Below, in pieces: positions 1-10,536 of a stretch of 64,000 nt of DNA (within the stretch, counting starts at the first letter, position 1; each line of letters opens with the position of its first letter). Under the pieces are notes generated by a model. That model ran no database searches and was not told the DNA's origin. It saw nothing but the letters and a program-made list of their open reading frames with translations. The translations under genes and the position numbers were made by a program. The stretch is from NCBI GenBank assembly GCA_026415775.1, contig JAOAGL010000001.1, positions 206,233-270,232 on the forward strand, read 5' to 3'. This DNA is from Patescibacteria group bacterium. Lineage in GTDB: Bacteria; Patescibacteriota; Minisyncoccia; UBA6257; JAAZHW01.

Positions 1-198
1 AACATTCCCGCTTCTTTTCATGTCCTTGTTAACGAGTTGAAGAGTTTGGCTTTAAATATTGAACTAATCGGCGTAAAGGAAAAATCAAAGACTGTGGAAG
101 AAAAAGAAGAGGAAGGAAAATTATTCTCTGAAGCTATGGAAGAAAACAAATATTTAGAAAATAATCAAGGTCAAAGTCAACAATCAAAAGAAGAATAA
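1..198 (+). CDS. rpoB: RNA polymerase beta subunit, C-terminal end (partial)
   Basis: Frame 1 reads NIPASFHVLVNELKSLALNIELI...*, matching the RpoB C-terminal PESFxVLxxELxSL motif; directly upstream of rpoC. Confidence 0.93.
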   Translation, partial: NIPASFHVLVNELKSLALNIELIGVKEKSKTVEEKEEEGKLFSEAMEENKYLENNQGQSQQSKEE

Positions 199-202
199 AA
201 TT

Positions 203-3200
203 ATGTTGCCAGAAGATTTTTTAGCCATTAAATTAAAATTAGCCTCCCCAGAAGAAATTCTTTCTTGGAGTTATGGGGAAGTAACAAAACCTGAAACAAT
301 TAATTATCGCACTCAACGACCAGAAAAAGATGGTTTATTTTCTGAAAGAATTTTTGGCCCAACAAAAGATTGGGAGTGTTATTGTGGAAAATATAAGAGA
401 ATTCGTTATAAGGGCATTATTTGCGATAAGTGTGGTGTGGAAGTAACTCGCGCCAGCGTTCGTCGTGAAAGGATGGGCCATATTAAATTAGCTTGTCCAG
501 TGGCCCATATCTGGTATTTAAGAAACATTCCATCTCAAATAGCCCTTTTCTTGGGGGTTAACCAACAGCAATTAGAGAGGGTCATTTATTATACAGCCTA
601 CATTATTACTAAAGTTAATAACGAGGAACGCAAAAAAGCTTTAGAAGATTTAAAATCAGAATACGAAAGCAAAAAGAAAAATACTTCGAAGGATAAATTA
701 AACGTTTTAGAAACTCTTTATAAGCATCATGTGGAAGAGTTAAATGGCCTTTATCCGCTAAAAATCATTTCTGAAATTGAATATTTCAATTTAAGTAAAA
801 AATTTGGACATGTCTTTGAAGCTGGAATTGGTAGTGAACCGATAGTTGAATTGTTGAAATCTATAGATTTAAAGAAAAAAGAAAAACAATTAATCAAAGA
901 ATTTAAAGAGAAAAAAAGTGATAAAAAGAAAATTCTTCTTCAATTAAAACTAATCAAATCTTTTGTCAAAAATAATTTAAGACCGGAATGGATGTTTTTG
1001 ACGGTTTTACCAGTTTTGCCACCAGATTTAAGACCAATGGTGGCTTTAGATGGCGGTCGCTATGCCACTTCAGATTTAAATGATTTATATCGACGCGTTA
1101 TTAATCGTAATAATCGACTGAAAAAACTTTTAGAATTAAATGCGCCAGAAGTAATTATTAGAAATGAAAAAAGGATGTTGCAGGAAGCGGTTGATGCTTT
1201 AATTGATAATAGCGCTAGAAAAACTCAAATTCAATCAAGCGCTCAGAAGCGACCATTAAAATCGCTTTCTGATATTTTGCAAGGTAAACAGGGTCGTTTT
1301 AGACAGAATTTATTAGGAAAGCGCGTTGATTATTCTGGTCGTTCGGTTATTGTAGTTGGTCCAGAATTGCGACATTTTGAATGCGGATTGCCTAAAGTAA
1401 TGGCCTTGGAATTATTTAGACCATTTGTGGTTAATAAATTGTTAGAAAGAGGAATTGTTTTTAATATTCGCAGCGCTAATCGATTGATTGATCAAGGACC
1501 AGCAGAGGTTTGGGCTATTTTAGAAGAAGTGATAAGAGATAAATACGTATTATTAAATCGCGCGCCAACACTGCATCGTTTAGGCATTCAAGCTTTCAAA
1601 CCCGTTTTAATCGAGGATTTAGCTTTACGCATTCCGCCAATGGTTTGTACAGCTTTTAATGCAGATTTTGATGGCGATCAAATGGCAGTTCATTTGCCAT
1701 TGACTCAAGAAGCTCAAAGAGAAGCTCGTGAAATTATGCTTTCTTCTTTGAATTGTTTAAAGCCAGCTAATGGTGAACCAATCATTAATCCCACAAAAGA
1801 CATCATTGTTGGATGTTATTATTTGACAAAAATATTTAACAATCTAAAAGGAGAAGGAAAAGTTTTTTCTTCGCCAGAAGAAGTTATAATGGCTTATGAT
1901 TATAAAATTATTGATTTAAAAGCCAAAATAAAAATCAAGCCTTACAAAGAGTTTTATTTCAAAAAGATAGGCGATGTTTTGGTGGCTGAAAAATACGAAA
2001 GCCCGAATACTTTAATTGAAACTTCCGCTGGCCAGATTATTTTCAATGATATTTTCCCTAAAGATTTTCCTTTTGTCGGCGAGGTTGTTGAAAAGAAGTT
2101 TTTAAGTAAATTAACGGATTACATTATTAGTCATTTTGATTCGGTTGTCGCGATTGATTTGTTGGATAAAATCAAGGCATTGGGATTCCATTATGCAACT
2201 ATTTCGGGAATTACTTGGTCCATGTCGGATTTGCTTATTCCTGCCGAAAAAGAAGAAATTATTAATGAATCCAGAAAAGAGATTCAGACAATCGAACAAC
2301 AATTTAATGAAGGATTCTTAGCTCGCGATGAAAAAAGAACTCATGCGATTAAAGCATGGGAAAAAGGATTATCAAAGATTTCTAAAAATATTACAAAGGC
2401 ATTGCCGGAAAACAATCCCGTTTTTCAAATTATTGATTCTGGCAGTCGAGGATCATGGGGACAGTTGACTCAGATGATGGGCATGAAAGGTCTGGTGCAA
2501 AATCCAAAAGGTGAAATTATTGAATTGCCAATTCTCTCTTCTTATAAAGAGGGATTAAGCGTTTTGGAATATTTCATTGCAAGTCACGGCGCTCGAAAAG
2601 GATCTAGCGATACCGCTTTGAAAACTGCCAATGCCGGTTATTTGACGCGCCGTTTAATTGATGCTACACAAGAAGTAATTGTTACTGAAGAGGATTGCGG
2701 TGCTACTAAAGGCATTACTGTTTTTCGAGCTGATGGCGCTGAGTATGGTCATCGTTTCAGCGCTCGATTAATTGGAAGAACAGTGCTAGAAGATATAAAA
2801 ATTGGCAATAAAATAATTATTAAAGCCAATGAAGTGATTACTCCTCAAATAGCGGAAATAATTGAAAAATCTGATATTGAAGCAGTCAAAATTCGTTCGC
2901 CAATTACTTGTAAAACTTTGTGGGGAGTTTGCGCTAAATGTTATGGATATGATTTGGGTTATAATAAACCTGTTGTAGCGGGCACGCCAATTGGTATTAT
3001 TGCTGCTCAATCAATTGGTGAACCAGGAACGCAATTAACATTAAGAACGTTCCATACAGGCGGTGTTGCTGGTCAGGATATTACTCATGGTTTGCCTAGG
3101 ATTGAAGAGTTATTTGAAGCGCGAACCCCAAAAAATAAAGCAGTTATTACTGAAGTTGATGGAGAAGTAACTAAAATAGAAGAACAAGAAAAAGAAATCA

Positions 3201-3853
3201 TCATTCATATTAAATCAAAAAAGGAAACAACCAAAAAAATTAAAGGGAAAACTCATAAGTTAAAAACTACAGATGCCCATCAATACTCTATTCCTAAAAC
3301 GAAGAAAATTTTGGTTAAAGAGGGCGATATTGTAAAGGCGGGAGATAAATTATGTGTGGGCGATATTGATCCTAAAGAATTATTGAGAGTTACTAACCGC
3401 GAAACAGTTGAACGATATATACTTTCTGAAGTTCAGAAAATTTATGTTTCTGAAGGTGTAAGTATTAATAATAAACATTTGGAAATTGTTATCCGACAAA
3501 TGTTTGATAAGGTTAAAATTAAAAACCCAGGCGATAGCGATTTCTTAATTGGCGAAATTGTTTCCAAATCCAGATTTTTGGAGGAAAATAAAAAATTGAA
3601 AACCAAAGGTAAAAAACCAGCTAAAGCTGTTCAATTGTTTTTGGGCATTACTCGTTCGGCTTTAGCCAGCGAAAGCTTTTTGGCTGCCGCTTCATTCCAG
3701 GAGACAACAAGAGTGTTGGTGAAGGCTGCGCTCGAGGGCAGGGTTGATTATCTCCGTGGCTTAAAAGAAAATGTTATTATTGGCCGTTTGGTGCCGGTTG
3801 GCACTGGATTCAGAAAAAACGAAGAACAGCAAATTGCGAAAAGAAAAAAATAA
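203..3853 (+). CDS. rpoC: RNA polymerase beta' subunit
   Basis: KPETINYRT, Zn-finger CYCGKYK...CDKC, catalytic [18 protein letters not shown]. Confidence 0.99.
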   Translation: MLPEDFLAIKLKLASPEEILSWSYGEVTKPETINYRTQRPEKDGLFSERIFGPTKDWECYCGKYKRIRYKGIICDKCGVEVTRASVRRERMGHIKLACPVAHIWYLRNIPSQIALFLGVNQQQLERVIYYTAYIITKVNNEERKKALEDLKSEYESKKKNTSKDKLNVLETLYKHHVEELNGLYPLKIISEIEYFNLSKKFGHVFEAGIGSEPIVELLKSIDLKKKEKQLIKEFKEKKSDKKKILLQLKLIKSFVKNNLRPEWMFLTVLPVLPPDLRPMVALDGGRYATSDLNDLYRRVINRNNRLKKLLELNAPEVIIRNEKRMLQEAVDALIDNSARKTQIQSSAQKRPLKSLSDILQGKQGRFRQNLLGKRVDYSGRSVIVVGPELRHFECGLPKVMALELFRPFVVNKLLERGIVFNIRSANRLIDQGPAEVWAILEEVIRDKYVLLNRAPTLHRLGIQAFKPVLIEDLALRIPPMVCTAFNADFDGDQMAVHLPLTQEAQREAREIMLSSLNCLKPANGEPIINPTKDIIVGCYYLTKIFNNLKGEGKVFSSPEEVIMAYDYKIIDLKAKIKIKPYKEFYFKKIGDVLVAEKYESPNTLIETSAGQIIFNDIFPKDFPFVGEVVEKKFLSKLTDYIISHFDSVVAIDLLDKIKALGFHYATISGITWSMSDLLIPAEKEEIINESRKEIQTIEQQFNEGFLARDEKRTHAIKAWEKGLSKISKNITKALPENNPVFQIIDSGSRGSWGQLTQMMGMKGLVQNPKGEIIELPILSSYKEGLSVLEYFIASHGARKGSSDTALKTANAGYLTRRLIDATQEVIVTEEDCGATKGITVFRADGAEYGHRFSARLIGRTVLEDIKIGNKIIIKANEVITPQIAEIIEKSDIEAVKIRSPITCKTLWGVCAKCYGYDLGYNKPVVAGTPIGIIAAQSIGEPGTQLTLRTFHTGGVAGQDITHGLPRIEELFEARTPKNKAVITEVDGEVTKIEEQEKEIIIHIKSKKETTKKIKGKTHKLKTTDAHQYSIPKTKKILVKEGDIVKAGDKLCVGDIDPKELLRVTNRETVERYILSEVQKIYVSEGVSINNKHLEIVIRQMFDKVKIKNPGDSDFLIGEIVSKSRFLEENKKLKTKGKKPAKAVQLFLGITRSALASESFLAAASFQETTRVLVKAALEGRVDYLRGLKENVIIGRLVPVGTGFRKNEEQQIAKRKK

Positions 3854-3858
3854 TAAAC

Positions 3859-3892
3859 AACAAAACCGCTCTTATATAAGAGCGGTTTTGTT
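3859..3892. terminator. Bidirectional intrinsic terminator between convergent rpoC and pnp
   Basis: Perfect palindrome aacaaaaccgctcttat/ataagagcggttttgtt. Confidence 0.85.
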
Positions 3893-3912
3893 AAAAAGAA
3901 AAAAATTATTTA

Positions 3913-6057
3913 CTATTTTTTGTTTTGTTTGAAAGAGTGATTATTTTGTTTTGAATTAGAACCATTTTCACTTAGAGCTTTAAGAGAAAGACCAATTCGC
4001 CCGTTTTCATCAATTTTTACGATTTTCAAAGTTAAAACTTGTCCGATCTTAACCTCGTCTTCTACTTTTTCAATTCGACGATGAGCAATTTCCGAAATAT
4101 GCAGCAATCCTTCTTTGCCAAAACCAAGATCAACAATGGCGCCGAAATCCAAAATTTTAATAACTTTACCCGTAACAATTTCTCCTTCTTTAAATTCATA
4201 AGTAATATTTTTTATAATTCCCAAAGCTTCTTTTCCAGCTTCTTCATTTGGCGCAGTTACAAAAATTGTGCCATCTTCTTCAATGTCAATTTCAACGCCA
4301 GTTTTTTTAATGATGTCATTTATTGTTTTTCCGCCCGAACCAATAACATCGCGAATTTTATCAGGATTAATTTTAAGGGTGAAAATTCTAGGTGCTAAAG
4401 GTGATAGAGTTGGGCGTGGACTTTCAAGAACTTCAGTCATTTTCTTTAATATTTCCAAACGAGCTTTTTTGGCTTGAGTCAGTGTTTCTTTAAAAATTTG
4501 GATGGTAATCCCTTTAATTTTAACATCCAGTTGAATGCCGGTGATGCCATTTTTCGTGCCTGCTACTTTAAAATCCATATCACCATAATGATCTTCGGGT
4601 CCTTGAATATCAGTTAGAATTTTGTAATTATTCTCGTCTTCCATTACTAATCCCATGGCAATACCCGCCGCCGGTGTTTTAATAGGTACTCCTGCATCCA
4701 TCAAAGCTAGAGACGAACCACATACTGAGGCCATTGAAGATGAGCCATTTGAGGATAAAATTTCTGATACAATTCTAATAGTGTAAGGGAAATCATCTTT
4801 TTTGGGTATAATAGGCAATAATGATTTTTCAGCCAGTGCGCCATGGCCGATCTCTCTTCTTCCTGGACCGCGCATTGAAGAAACTTCGCCAACTGAATAA
4901 GGTGGGAAGTTGTAGTGATGAATAAATCTTTTTGTATCGCTTTCTTCAATTGTTTCCACTGTTAATCCGTGAGAGGGCGCGGCTAAAGTAACGGTTGATA
5001 ATGCTTGGGTTGTCCCTCGGATAAATAAACCAGAACCATGAACGCGTGGCAAAATTCCTACTGCGCAATAAAGCGGTCTAATTTCATCTAGTTTTCGACC
5101 ATCCGGCCTCTTTTCTTTTTCCAAAATATTTTTGTGAACTAAAGCATCTATCTCATTTTCTAAAACAACGAACGCTTCTTTAATTTTGTTTTCATCCATG
5201 CCGTCATTACGCAATGTTTCTTCCAAGTCGTTTTTAAGTTGCTGTAATTTGGAAACTCTGTCAATTTTATCCGTTACATATATTGCTTCTTCCAATTTAT
5301 TTTTAAGAAAATCTTTGGTTTTTTGTTGAATTTCTGCATCGATTTGTTTGAATAATACTTGGGCTTTTGGTTTAGCCATTTCTTTGATGATTTCTTTTTG
5401 GAAATTTTGAATTTTACCGATTTCTTTAAGAGCTAGTTCAACAGCATCATTCATTTTTTCTTCGCTAATTTCATTAGCGCCAACTTCAATCATAGTGATA
5501 GCGCCATCGGCGCTGCTCAGAAAGAAGTCCAAATCGCTTTTTTCTCTGTCGGCAAAAGAAGGATTAATCACAAAATCATTATTAACCAAACCAATTCGAA
5601 GAGCTGAAATTGGACCATTCCAAGGAATGTCTGATGTGGATAAAGCTAAAGATGCTCCAATTAAAGCAGGGAAGTCCGGGTCATTTTCGCCGTCAATTGC
5701 CAAAACCGTAGCAACAACTTGCACCTCGCGTCTCATATCGTGATTAAAAAGAGGGCGAATAGAACGGTCAATCAAACGCGCATTTAAAATGGCGTTTTCT
5801 GACGGCTTCCCTTCTCTTCTTACAAAACGACTCCCCAAAATTTTACCCGCGGCGTAAAAACGCTCTTCATAATCTACAACCAATGGGAAAAAATCAGCTT
5901 CTAAACGATCTGTTTTCCCCATTGTGGCCGTAACCAAAACAACAGTTTCACCGTATTGAATTAAAACTGAACCATTGGATTGTTGAGCAAGCGGTGTAAA
6001 TTTTGCTGTTAATTTTTTACCCGCTATTTCTAAAGAAAAACTTTTTTCTTGCAACAT
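3913..6057 (-). CDS. pnp: Polyribonucleotide nucleotidyltransferase (PNPase)
   Basis: FFPLVVDYEE, RREGKP, RREIGHG, SNGSSSMASVC, GDMDFKVAGT, KH and S1 domains; start moved to ATG 6057. Confidence 0.98.
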   Translation of the reverse strand: MLQEKSFSLEIAGKKLTAKFTPLAQQSNGSVLIQYGETVVLVTATMGKTDRLEADFFPLVVDYEERFYAAGKILGSRFVRREGKPSENAILNARLIDRSIRPLFNHDMRREVQVVATVLAIDGENDPDFPALIGASLALSTSDIPWNGPISALRIGLVNNDFVINPSFADREKSDLDFFLSSADGAITMIEVGANEISEEKMNDAVELALKEIGKIQNFQKEIIKEMAKPKAQVLFKQIDAEIQQKTKDFLKNKLEEAIYVTDKIDRVSKLQQLKNDLEETLRNDGMDENKIKEAFVVLENEIDALVHKNILEKEKRPDGRKLDEIRPLYCAVGILPRVHGSGLFIRGTTQALSTVTLAAPSHGLTVETIEESDTKRFIHHYNFPPYSVGEVSSMRGPGRREIGHGALAEKSLLPIIPKKDDFPYTIRIVSEILSSNGSSSMASVCGSSLALMDAGVPIKTPAAGIAMGLVMEDENNYKILTDIQGPEDHYGDMDFKVAGTKNGITGIQLDVKIKGITIQIFKETLTQAKKARLEILKKMTEVLESPRPTLSPLAPRIFTLKINPDKIRDVIGSGGKTINDIIKKTGVEIDIEEDGTIFVTAPNEEAGKEALGIIKNITYEFKEGEIVTGKVIKILDFGAIVDLGFGKEGLLHISEIAHRRIEKVEDEVKIGQVLTLKIVKIDENGRIGLSLKALSENGSNSKQNNHSFKQNKK

Positions 6058-6071
6058 ACAATATAAAATTT

Positions 6072-6147
6072 TTCCAAGAAACAATTTAATTTAGCGCAGA
6101 GGAGAAGATTGCAATTCCTCTCCTCTGCTCTAAATTGTTTCTTGGAA
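6072..6147 (-). promoter_or_regulatory. Long stem-loop in the pnp 5' leader
   Basis: Inverted repeats ttccaagaaacaattta/taaattgtttcttggaa and gcagaggaga/tctcctctgc between NYN stop and pnp start. Confidence 0.6.
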
Positions 6148-6150
6148 TTA

Positions 6151-6702
6151 TTAATAATTTTGTTTAAAAATTTTATTTTTCGACTTTTTTATTAAAGAAC
6201 TTTTTATTAAAAATTTTTGTGGATTTTTTTCTAAATCAATAAAATCATCAGCCACCTCTTTTAATTTTGATGAAGCGCTGCGACCAAAAGCAACAACCTC
6301 TACTATTTTACCTATTCCTTTCAGATAATCAACTAATGGCAAAAAATCGCCATCGCCCGTAACGAGAATTATACTATCAACTGAAGGGGCCATGCGAATA
6401 GCATCAACAGCTAAACCAACATCCCAATCAGCCTTTTTTAAGCCATCAGGATAAATTTGCAATTCTTTAATTCTTAATTCAATTCCGATATTTTGAAGCG
6501 CTTCAAAAAAAGATGCTTCTCCTTCAACAACATCACTTTTTACAACGTAGGCAATTGCCCTAATTAATCTACGATTGGCTACTGCCGCTCTCAAAACTTC
6601 TTTAAAATCAACACGCGCTTGATAAAGATTTTTTGCTGAATGATAAAGATTTTGGATATCAAAAAAAATTGCCACTCTTTGATCTTTATATTTAATAATC
6701 AT
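6151..6702 (-). CDS. NYN domain (LabA/DUF88, PIN-like) putative nuclease
   Basis: IFFDIQNLY, KADWDVGLAVD, LVTGDGDFLPL, ADDFIDL. Confidence 0.9.
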   Translation of the reverse strand: MIIKYKDQRVAIFFDIQNLYHSAKNLYQARVDFKEVLRAAVANRRLIRAIAYVVKSDVVEGEASFFEALQNIGIELRIKELQIYPDGLKKADWDVGLAVDAIRMAPSVDSIILVTGDGDFLPLVDYLKGIGKIVEVVAFGRSASSKLKEVADDFIDLEKNPQKFLIKSSLIKKSKNKIFKQNY

Positions 6703-6714
6703 AACTATAAAAAA

Positions 6715-6978
6715 CTATTTTAATCCCAAAGTTTTCGTTAATTTATTGTAACGGCGAATAGATTCTTTTTGAAGAAAATTGAGAAGTTTTTTTCTTTTAG
6801 AAACCATTTTTAATAGTCCACGTCGTGAATGATTATCTTTGGGGTGTTTTTTTAGATGGGCAGTTAATTTATTGATTTGTTGGGTTAATAAAGCAATTTG
6901 AACTTCTGCCGACCCCGTGTCTTTCTCGTGTTTTCTGTATTTGCTAATTAATTTTGTTTTCTCTCCTTTCTTTAGCAT
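6715..6978 (-). CDS. rpsO: 30S ribosomal protein S15
   Basis: [13 protein letters not shown]...[15 protein letters not shown]; start ATG 6978. Confidence 0.97.
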   Translation of the reverse strand: MLKKGEKTKLISKYRKHEKDTGSAEVQIALLTQQINKLTAHLKKHPKDNHSRRGLLKMVSKRKKLLNFLQKESIRRYNKLTKTLGLK

Positions 6979-7054
6979 ATAGATTGATAATAACATAAAG
7001 ATTAAAAGTTTGCAAGATATGGAGATAGAATGATATAATATAAAAAGGAAAAAC

Positions 7055-7996
7055 ATGAAAAACAAAAACCTGTTAGATTTAAAAAAACAATATTTGGAAT
7101 ATTTAGAAATAGAAAAAAACCGCAGTTTAAAAACGTTGGAGAACTATAATCGTTATTTAACGAAATTTTTAAATTTCTTAGCCAAAAACAATAACAAAAA
7201 AATTGAGCAGTTAAATATTGATGATGTTGACCAGGAGGCGATTAGGCGGTTTAGATTATACCTGAATCGTTTGGAAGGAAAGCAACAAAATTTAAAAAAA
7301 GCCACACAGAATTATTATATTATTGCTTTACGTGGTTTTTTGAAATATTTAACAAAAATTGGAATTGAATGTTTGGCTCCTGACCAGGTGGAATTGGCTA
7401 AGGTGTCTCGCAATGAGATTAATTTGATTAGTTTTAATGAATTGGAACGACTATTGAATGCGCCTGAGGGTAATGATGTTAAGTCTTTGCGCGATAAAGC
7501 AATTCTTGAGACATTATTTGCAACTGGGTTGCGCGTTTCTGAGTTGTGCAAATTAAATCGTGATAGTGTGAATTTGGAAAGAGGTGAATTCAGTGTGAAG
7601 GGCAAAGGGGGAAAAATTCGTCTAGTTTTTCTTTCGGAAGATGCAAAAGAAGCGATTAAAAAATATTTAAGCAAAAGAACAGATATTGAAGAGCCACTTT
7701 TTGTCACCTTTAAAAAATCGAAAAAATATGAAGTGTTGGGCAGAATGACGCCGCGCAGCGTTCAGCGGATGATAAATTTTTATAGCAAAAAAGCAGGAAT
7801 CGTAAGAAAAGTGACTCCCCATACACTTAGGCATCTATTTGCCACAGATTTATTGCAAAATGGTGCTGATTTGCGCTCGGTTCAAATGCTTCTGGGGCAT
7901 AGTAATATCAGCACAACGCAGGTGTATACACATTTAACCGATAAAGAATTAAAAGAAATTTACCAGGCTTTTCATGGCCGTCGTCGAAAACGATAA
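7055..7996 (+). CDS. Tyrosine recombinase XerC/XerD family
   Basis: [48 protein letters not shown]. Confidence 0.93.
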   Translation: MKNKNLLDLKKQYLEYLEIEKNRSLKTLENYNRYLTKFLNFLAKNNNKKIEQLNIDDVDQEAIRRFRLYLNRLEGKQQNLKKATQNYYIIALRGFLKYLTKIGIECLAPDQVELAKVSRNEINLISFNELERLLNAPEGNDVKSLRDKAILETLFATGLRVSELCKLNRDSVNLERGEFSVKGKGGKIRLVFLSEDAKEAIKKYLSKRTDIEEPLFVTFKKSKKYEVLGRMTPRSVQRMINFYSKKAGIVRKVTPHTLRHLFATDLLQNGADLRSVQMLLGHSNISTTQVYTHLTDKELKEIYQAFHGRRRKR

Positions 7997-8002
7997 TATC
8001 TA

Positions 8003-8031
8003 TTGACAAAAAGAAAATTTATTTCTAATAT
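8003..8031 (+). promoter_or_regulatory. Sigma70-type promoter
   Basis: TTGACA-17bp-TAATAT upstream of ATG 8049. Confidence 0.6.
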
Positions 8032-8048
8032 TTATTTTGTTAAAAAAT

Positions 8049-9119
8049 ATGGCCAGTAAAAATTTACTTCAAACAATTAAAGAATTTGTTGGAATTTTGC
8101 CAGAAAAACAAAAAGAGATAGTTGAGAAACGATATGGTTTAATAAACGAAAAACCTTTAACACTAGAAGCTATTGGCAAGGAAAAGGGGTTAACGCGCGA
8201 ACGTATTCGTCAAATTGAAGCGGTTGCTTTAAATAAATTAAGAAAAAATTTGAATGAATTAAACGAGGTCCTGGAACGCATTAAATATCAATTAGAAATA
8301 ATCGGAGGAATTAGACGAGAAAAAAAATTATTAGAGGAAACCCCTGTTTTATTGGTTGATAATCCAAGAGAACTTTGGGAGAACGAGAGGATTAAAAATC
8401 AATGGGAAAACCATATTAATTTTTTATTAGATTTAAGTCCAGAATTTAATTATTTTTTAGAAAAACCCCATATTTATTCTAACTGGTATTTGAAAGAGGA
8501 ATACCTCAATAAAACCCTAAACATTTATAAATTTGTTGAAAAACAAATTAAAATTTATAAACGACCATTAATGCTTGATGAATATCAATTATTATTGCGG
8601 AAAATAATGAAAGAATTCCGTATTCATAATGAAAACTTAGTCGTTTCTTATTTAGATGTCTGCAAAAAGTTTGGATTTAATCCTTTTGGTGAATTTGGTT
8701 TGGTTGATTGGGAATTAATCAAGCCCCACAACGTTAAAACCAAAGCCTATTTAATTTTAAAGAAAATGAGCCAACCGATGCATTATAGTGAAATTCTCCA
8801 AAAAATTAGAGAACTTAATTTTGATGACAAAAAAATTTCTATTAATAGTTTACATAATGAGTTAATTAAAGATGATTCTTTTGTTTTGGTGGGTAGAGGG
8901 ATTTATGCATTAAAGGAATGGGGATATCAGGCTGGAACCGTAAAGGATGTTTTGGTTAAAATTTTGGCCAAAAAACCAATGTACTTCCGTGATATTTTAA
9001 AAGAAATTGCCAAACAGCGATTGGTTAAAGATATGACAGTTTTGATTAATCTGCAAGATAAAAATCTTTTTAAAAAATTGCCTGATGGCCGCTATACTAT
9101 AGTTTCCTCAAAAAAATAA
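8049..9119 (+). CDS. Sigma70 region-4 HTH protein with C-terminal winged-helix (HARE-HTH/RNAP delta-like) domains
   Basis: KRYGL...TLEAIG...LTRERIRQIE; C-terminal SLHNELIKDDSFVLVGRGIYALKEWG. Confidence 0.75.
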   Translation: MASKNLLQTIKEFVGILPEKQKEIVEKRYGLINEKPLTLEAIGKEKGLTRERIRQIEAVALNKLRKNLNELNEVLERIKYQLEIIGGIRREKKLLEETPVLLVDNPRELWENERIKNQWENHINFLLDLSPEFNYFLEKPHIYSNWYLKEEYLNKTLNIYKFVEKQIKIYKRPLMLDEYQLLLRKIMKEFRIHNENLVVSYLDVCKKFGFNPFGEFGLVDWELIKPHNVKTKAYLILKKMSQPMHYSEILQKIRELNFDDKKISINSLHNELIKDDSFVLVGRGIYALKEWGYQAGTVKDVLVKILAKKPMYFRDILKEIAKQRLVKDMTVLINLQDKNLFKKLPDGRYTIVSSKK

Positions 9120-9140
9120 TTTTGGATTATAATTAAATTA

Positions 9141-10406
9141 ATGAGCGAAGTATTTGAAATTTTACAAGGGGTTATTTTATCCATTTGGAAAATTTTTAAA
9201 TTTGTTTGGTGGATTATTATCCCCCTTGTTTTAATAAAAGCGGTTTATGCGCTTTGGCTTGAATACGTTAAAAAGAAATTTCTTAAGAAAATCGAATATA
9301 CAATTTTTGAAATAAAAATTCCCCGCAACATCGAAAAAAGTTTTAAGTCAATGGAGGATATTTTCGCGGCGCTTCATTCTATTCAGATTTCCAAACCGAA
9401 TTGGAAGGAAAGAGTTTTTGAGGGTAAAACTCAGTTGTGGTTAAGCGCTGAGATTTTGGGTAATGGTGAAGGGGTTTCCTTTTATATTCGCACGCCAAAA
9501 GATTATAAAAATTTGGTTGAGGCCCATCTTTACGCTCAATATCCAGATTTGGAATTAAATGAGGTTGAGGATTATACCAGCATTTTTGCTGCTTCTTTGC
9601 CAAATAAATTTTGGGATTTATGGGGGTTAGATTTAATGTTAATTCAACCCTCACCATATCCTATTCTTACTTATCCCTATTTTGAATCACATAAAGATGA
9701 GAAAATAGTGGACCCTTTAGCTGGTTTATTTGAAACAGTTAGTAAATTAAACCCAGATGAGAAAATTTGGATTCAAATTTTATTTAAACCAGCTGATGAT
9801 AGTTGCAAAAAAGAAGGAGAATCAATAGTAGGGAAACTTATTGGCAAAAAAGAACCAACCCAGCGTTCTTATTTTGATTATATTCTAGAATTCTTTTATC
9901 ACTTATTTCGAGCGCCACTCACTCCACCTGAGTGGTGGGAAGAAGGCGGTTCAGGTGGTTCACCGGGTTCAGTTCAGAATTTAACACCCGGCGAGAAAGA
10001 CGTGATAGAGGCAATTCAGAGAAAAATTTCTAAGCTTCTTTTTGATGTAACAATCCGTTTTGTATATATAGATCGCCGCGACGCTTTTACACGTTTGAAT
10101 ATTACTAGCGTTATGGGATTTTTCAGACAATTTAATACCCTACATTTGAATGGATTCAAACCATATAAGCCTTCCGTTCCAAAAGCCAAATGGCCATTTA
10201 AAGAACAAAAAGAGTTTTGGAAAAAAACCGTTTTATTTAAAAATTATTTGAAACGCAAATTTAATTCCGATACAAAAATGGTTTTAAATACTGAAGAGTT
10301 GGCTACTCTCTTTCATTTCCCAGTCAATGTTGTTGAAGCGCCAATGCTTAAAAGAATTGAAGCTAAAAAAGGTGAACCACCAATTAATTTACCTATTGAG
10401 AAATAA
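9141..10406 (+). CDS. Membrane-anchored hypothetical protein resembling the N-terminal region of CPR VirD4/TraD-like ATPases
   Basis: N-terminal TM; FEIKIPR, LYAQYP, WIQIL, VLNTEELATLFHFP, EPPINLP; family recalled from memory; no Walker A. Confidence 0.55.
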   Translation: MSEVFEILQGVILSIWKIFKFVWWIIIPLVLIKAVYALWLEYVKKKFLKKIEYTIFEIKIPRNIEKSFKSMEDIFAALHSIQISKPNWKERVFEGKTQLWLSAEILGNGEGVSFYIRTPKDYKNLVEAHLYAQYPDLELNEVEDYTSIFAASLPNKFWDLWGLDLMLIQPSPYPILTYPYFESHKDEKIVDPLAGLFETVSKLNPDEKIWIQILFKPADDSCKKEGESIVGKLIGKKEPTQRSYFDYILEFFYHLFRAPLTPPEWWEEGGSGGSPGSVQNLTPGEKDVIEAIQRKISKLLFDVTIRFVYIDRRDAFTRLNITSVMGFFRQFNTLHLNGFKPYKPSVPKAKWPFKEQKEFWKKTVLFKNYLKRKFNSDTKMVLNTEELATLFHFPVNVVEAPMLKRIEAKKGEPPINLPIEK

Positions 10407-10423
10407 AAAAACACTAATCCTGC

Positions 10424-10452
10424 TTGACAGGATTTTTATATTTTATTAAAAT
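10424..10452 (+). promoter_or_regulatory. Sigma70 promoter of nusA operon
   Basis: TTGACA-17bp-TAAAAT. Confidence 0.7.
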
Positions 10453-10465
10453 TCAGTTATAATAT

Positions 10466-10491
10466 TAAAGGTCCGTTTTAACGGACCTTTA
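10466..10491 (+). promoter_or_regulatory. Leader hairpin (possible attenuator) upstream of nusA
   Basis: taaaggtccgtt-tt-aacggaccttta. Confidence 0.55.
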
Positions 10492-10536
10492 TTGCTAGAA
10501 AGTCGCGTGTTATTTTATTAAATCCATTAATTAACC

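Noticed and set aside
2111-5743. Short alternative-frame and antisense ORFs inside rpoC and pnp (and similar ones inside other long genes)
   Set aside because: They are shadow ORFs fully overlapping well-conserved genes and have no recognisable motifs
7055-7996. Tyrosine recombinase as a prophage or island integrase
   Set aside because: It has XerC/D-type motifs and length, housekeeping neighbours, and no att repeats or phage genes were seen
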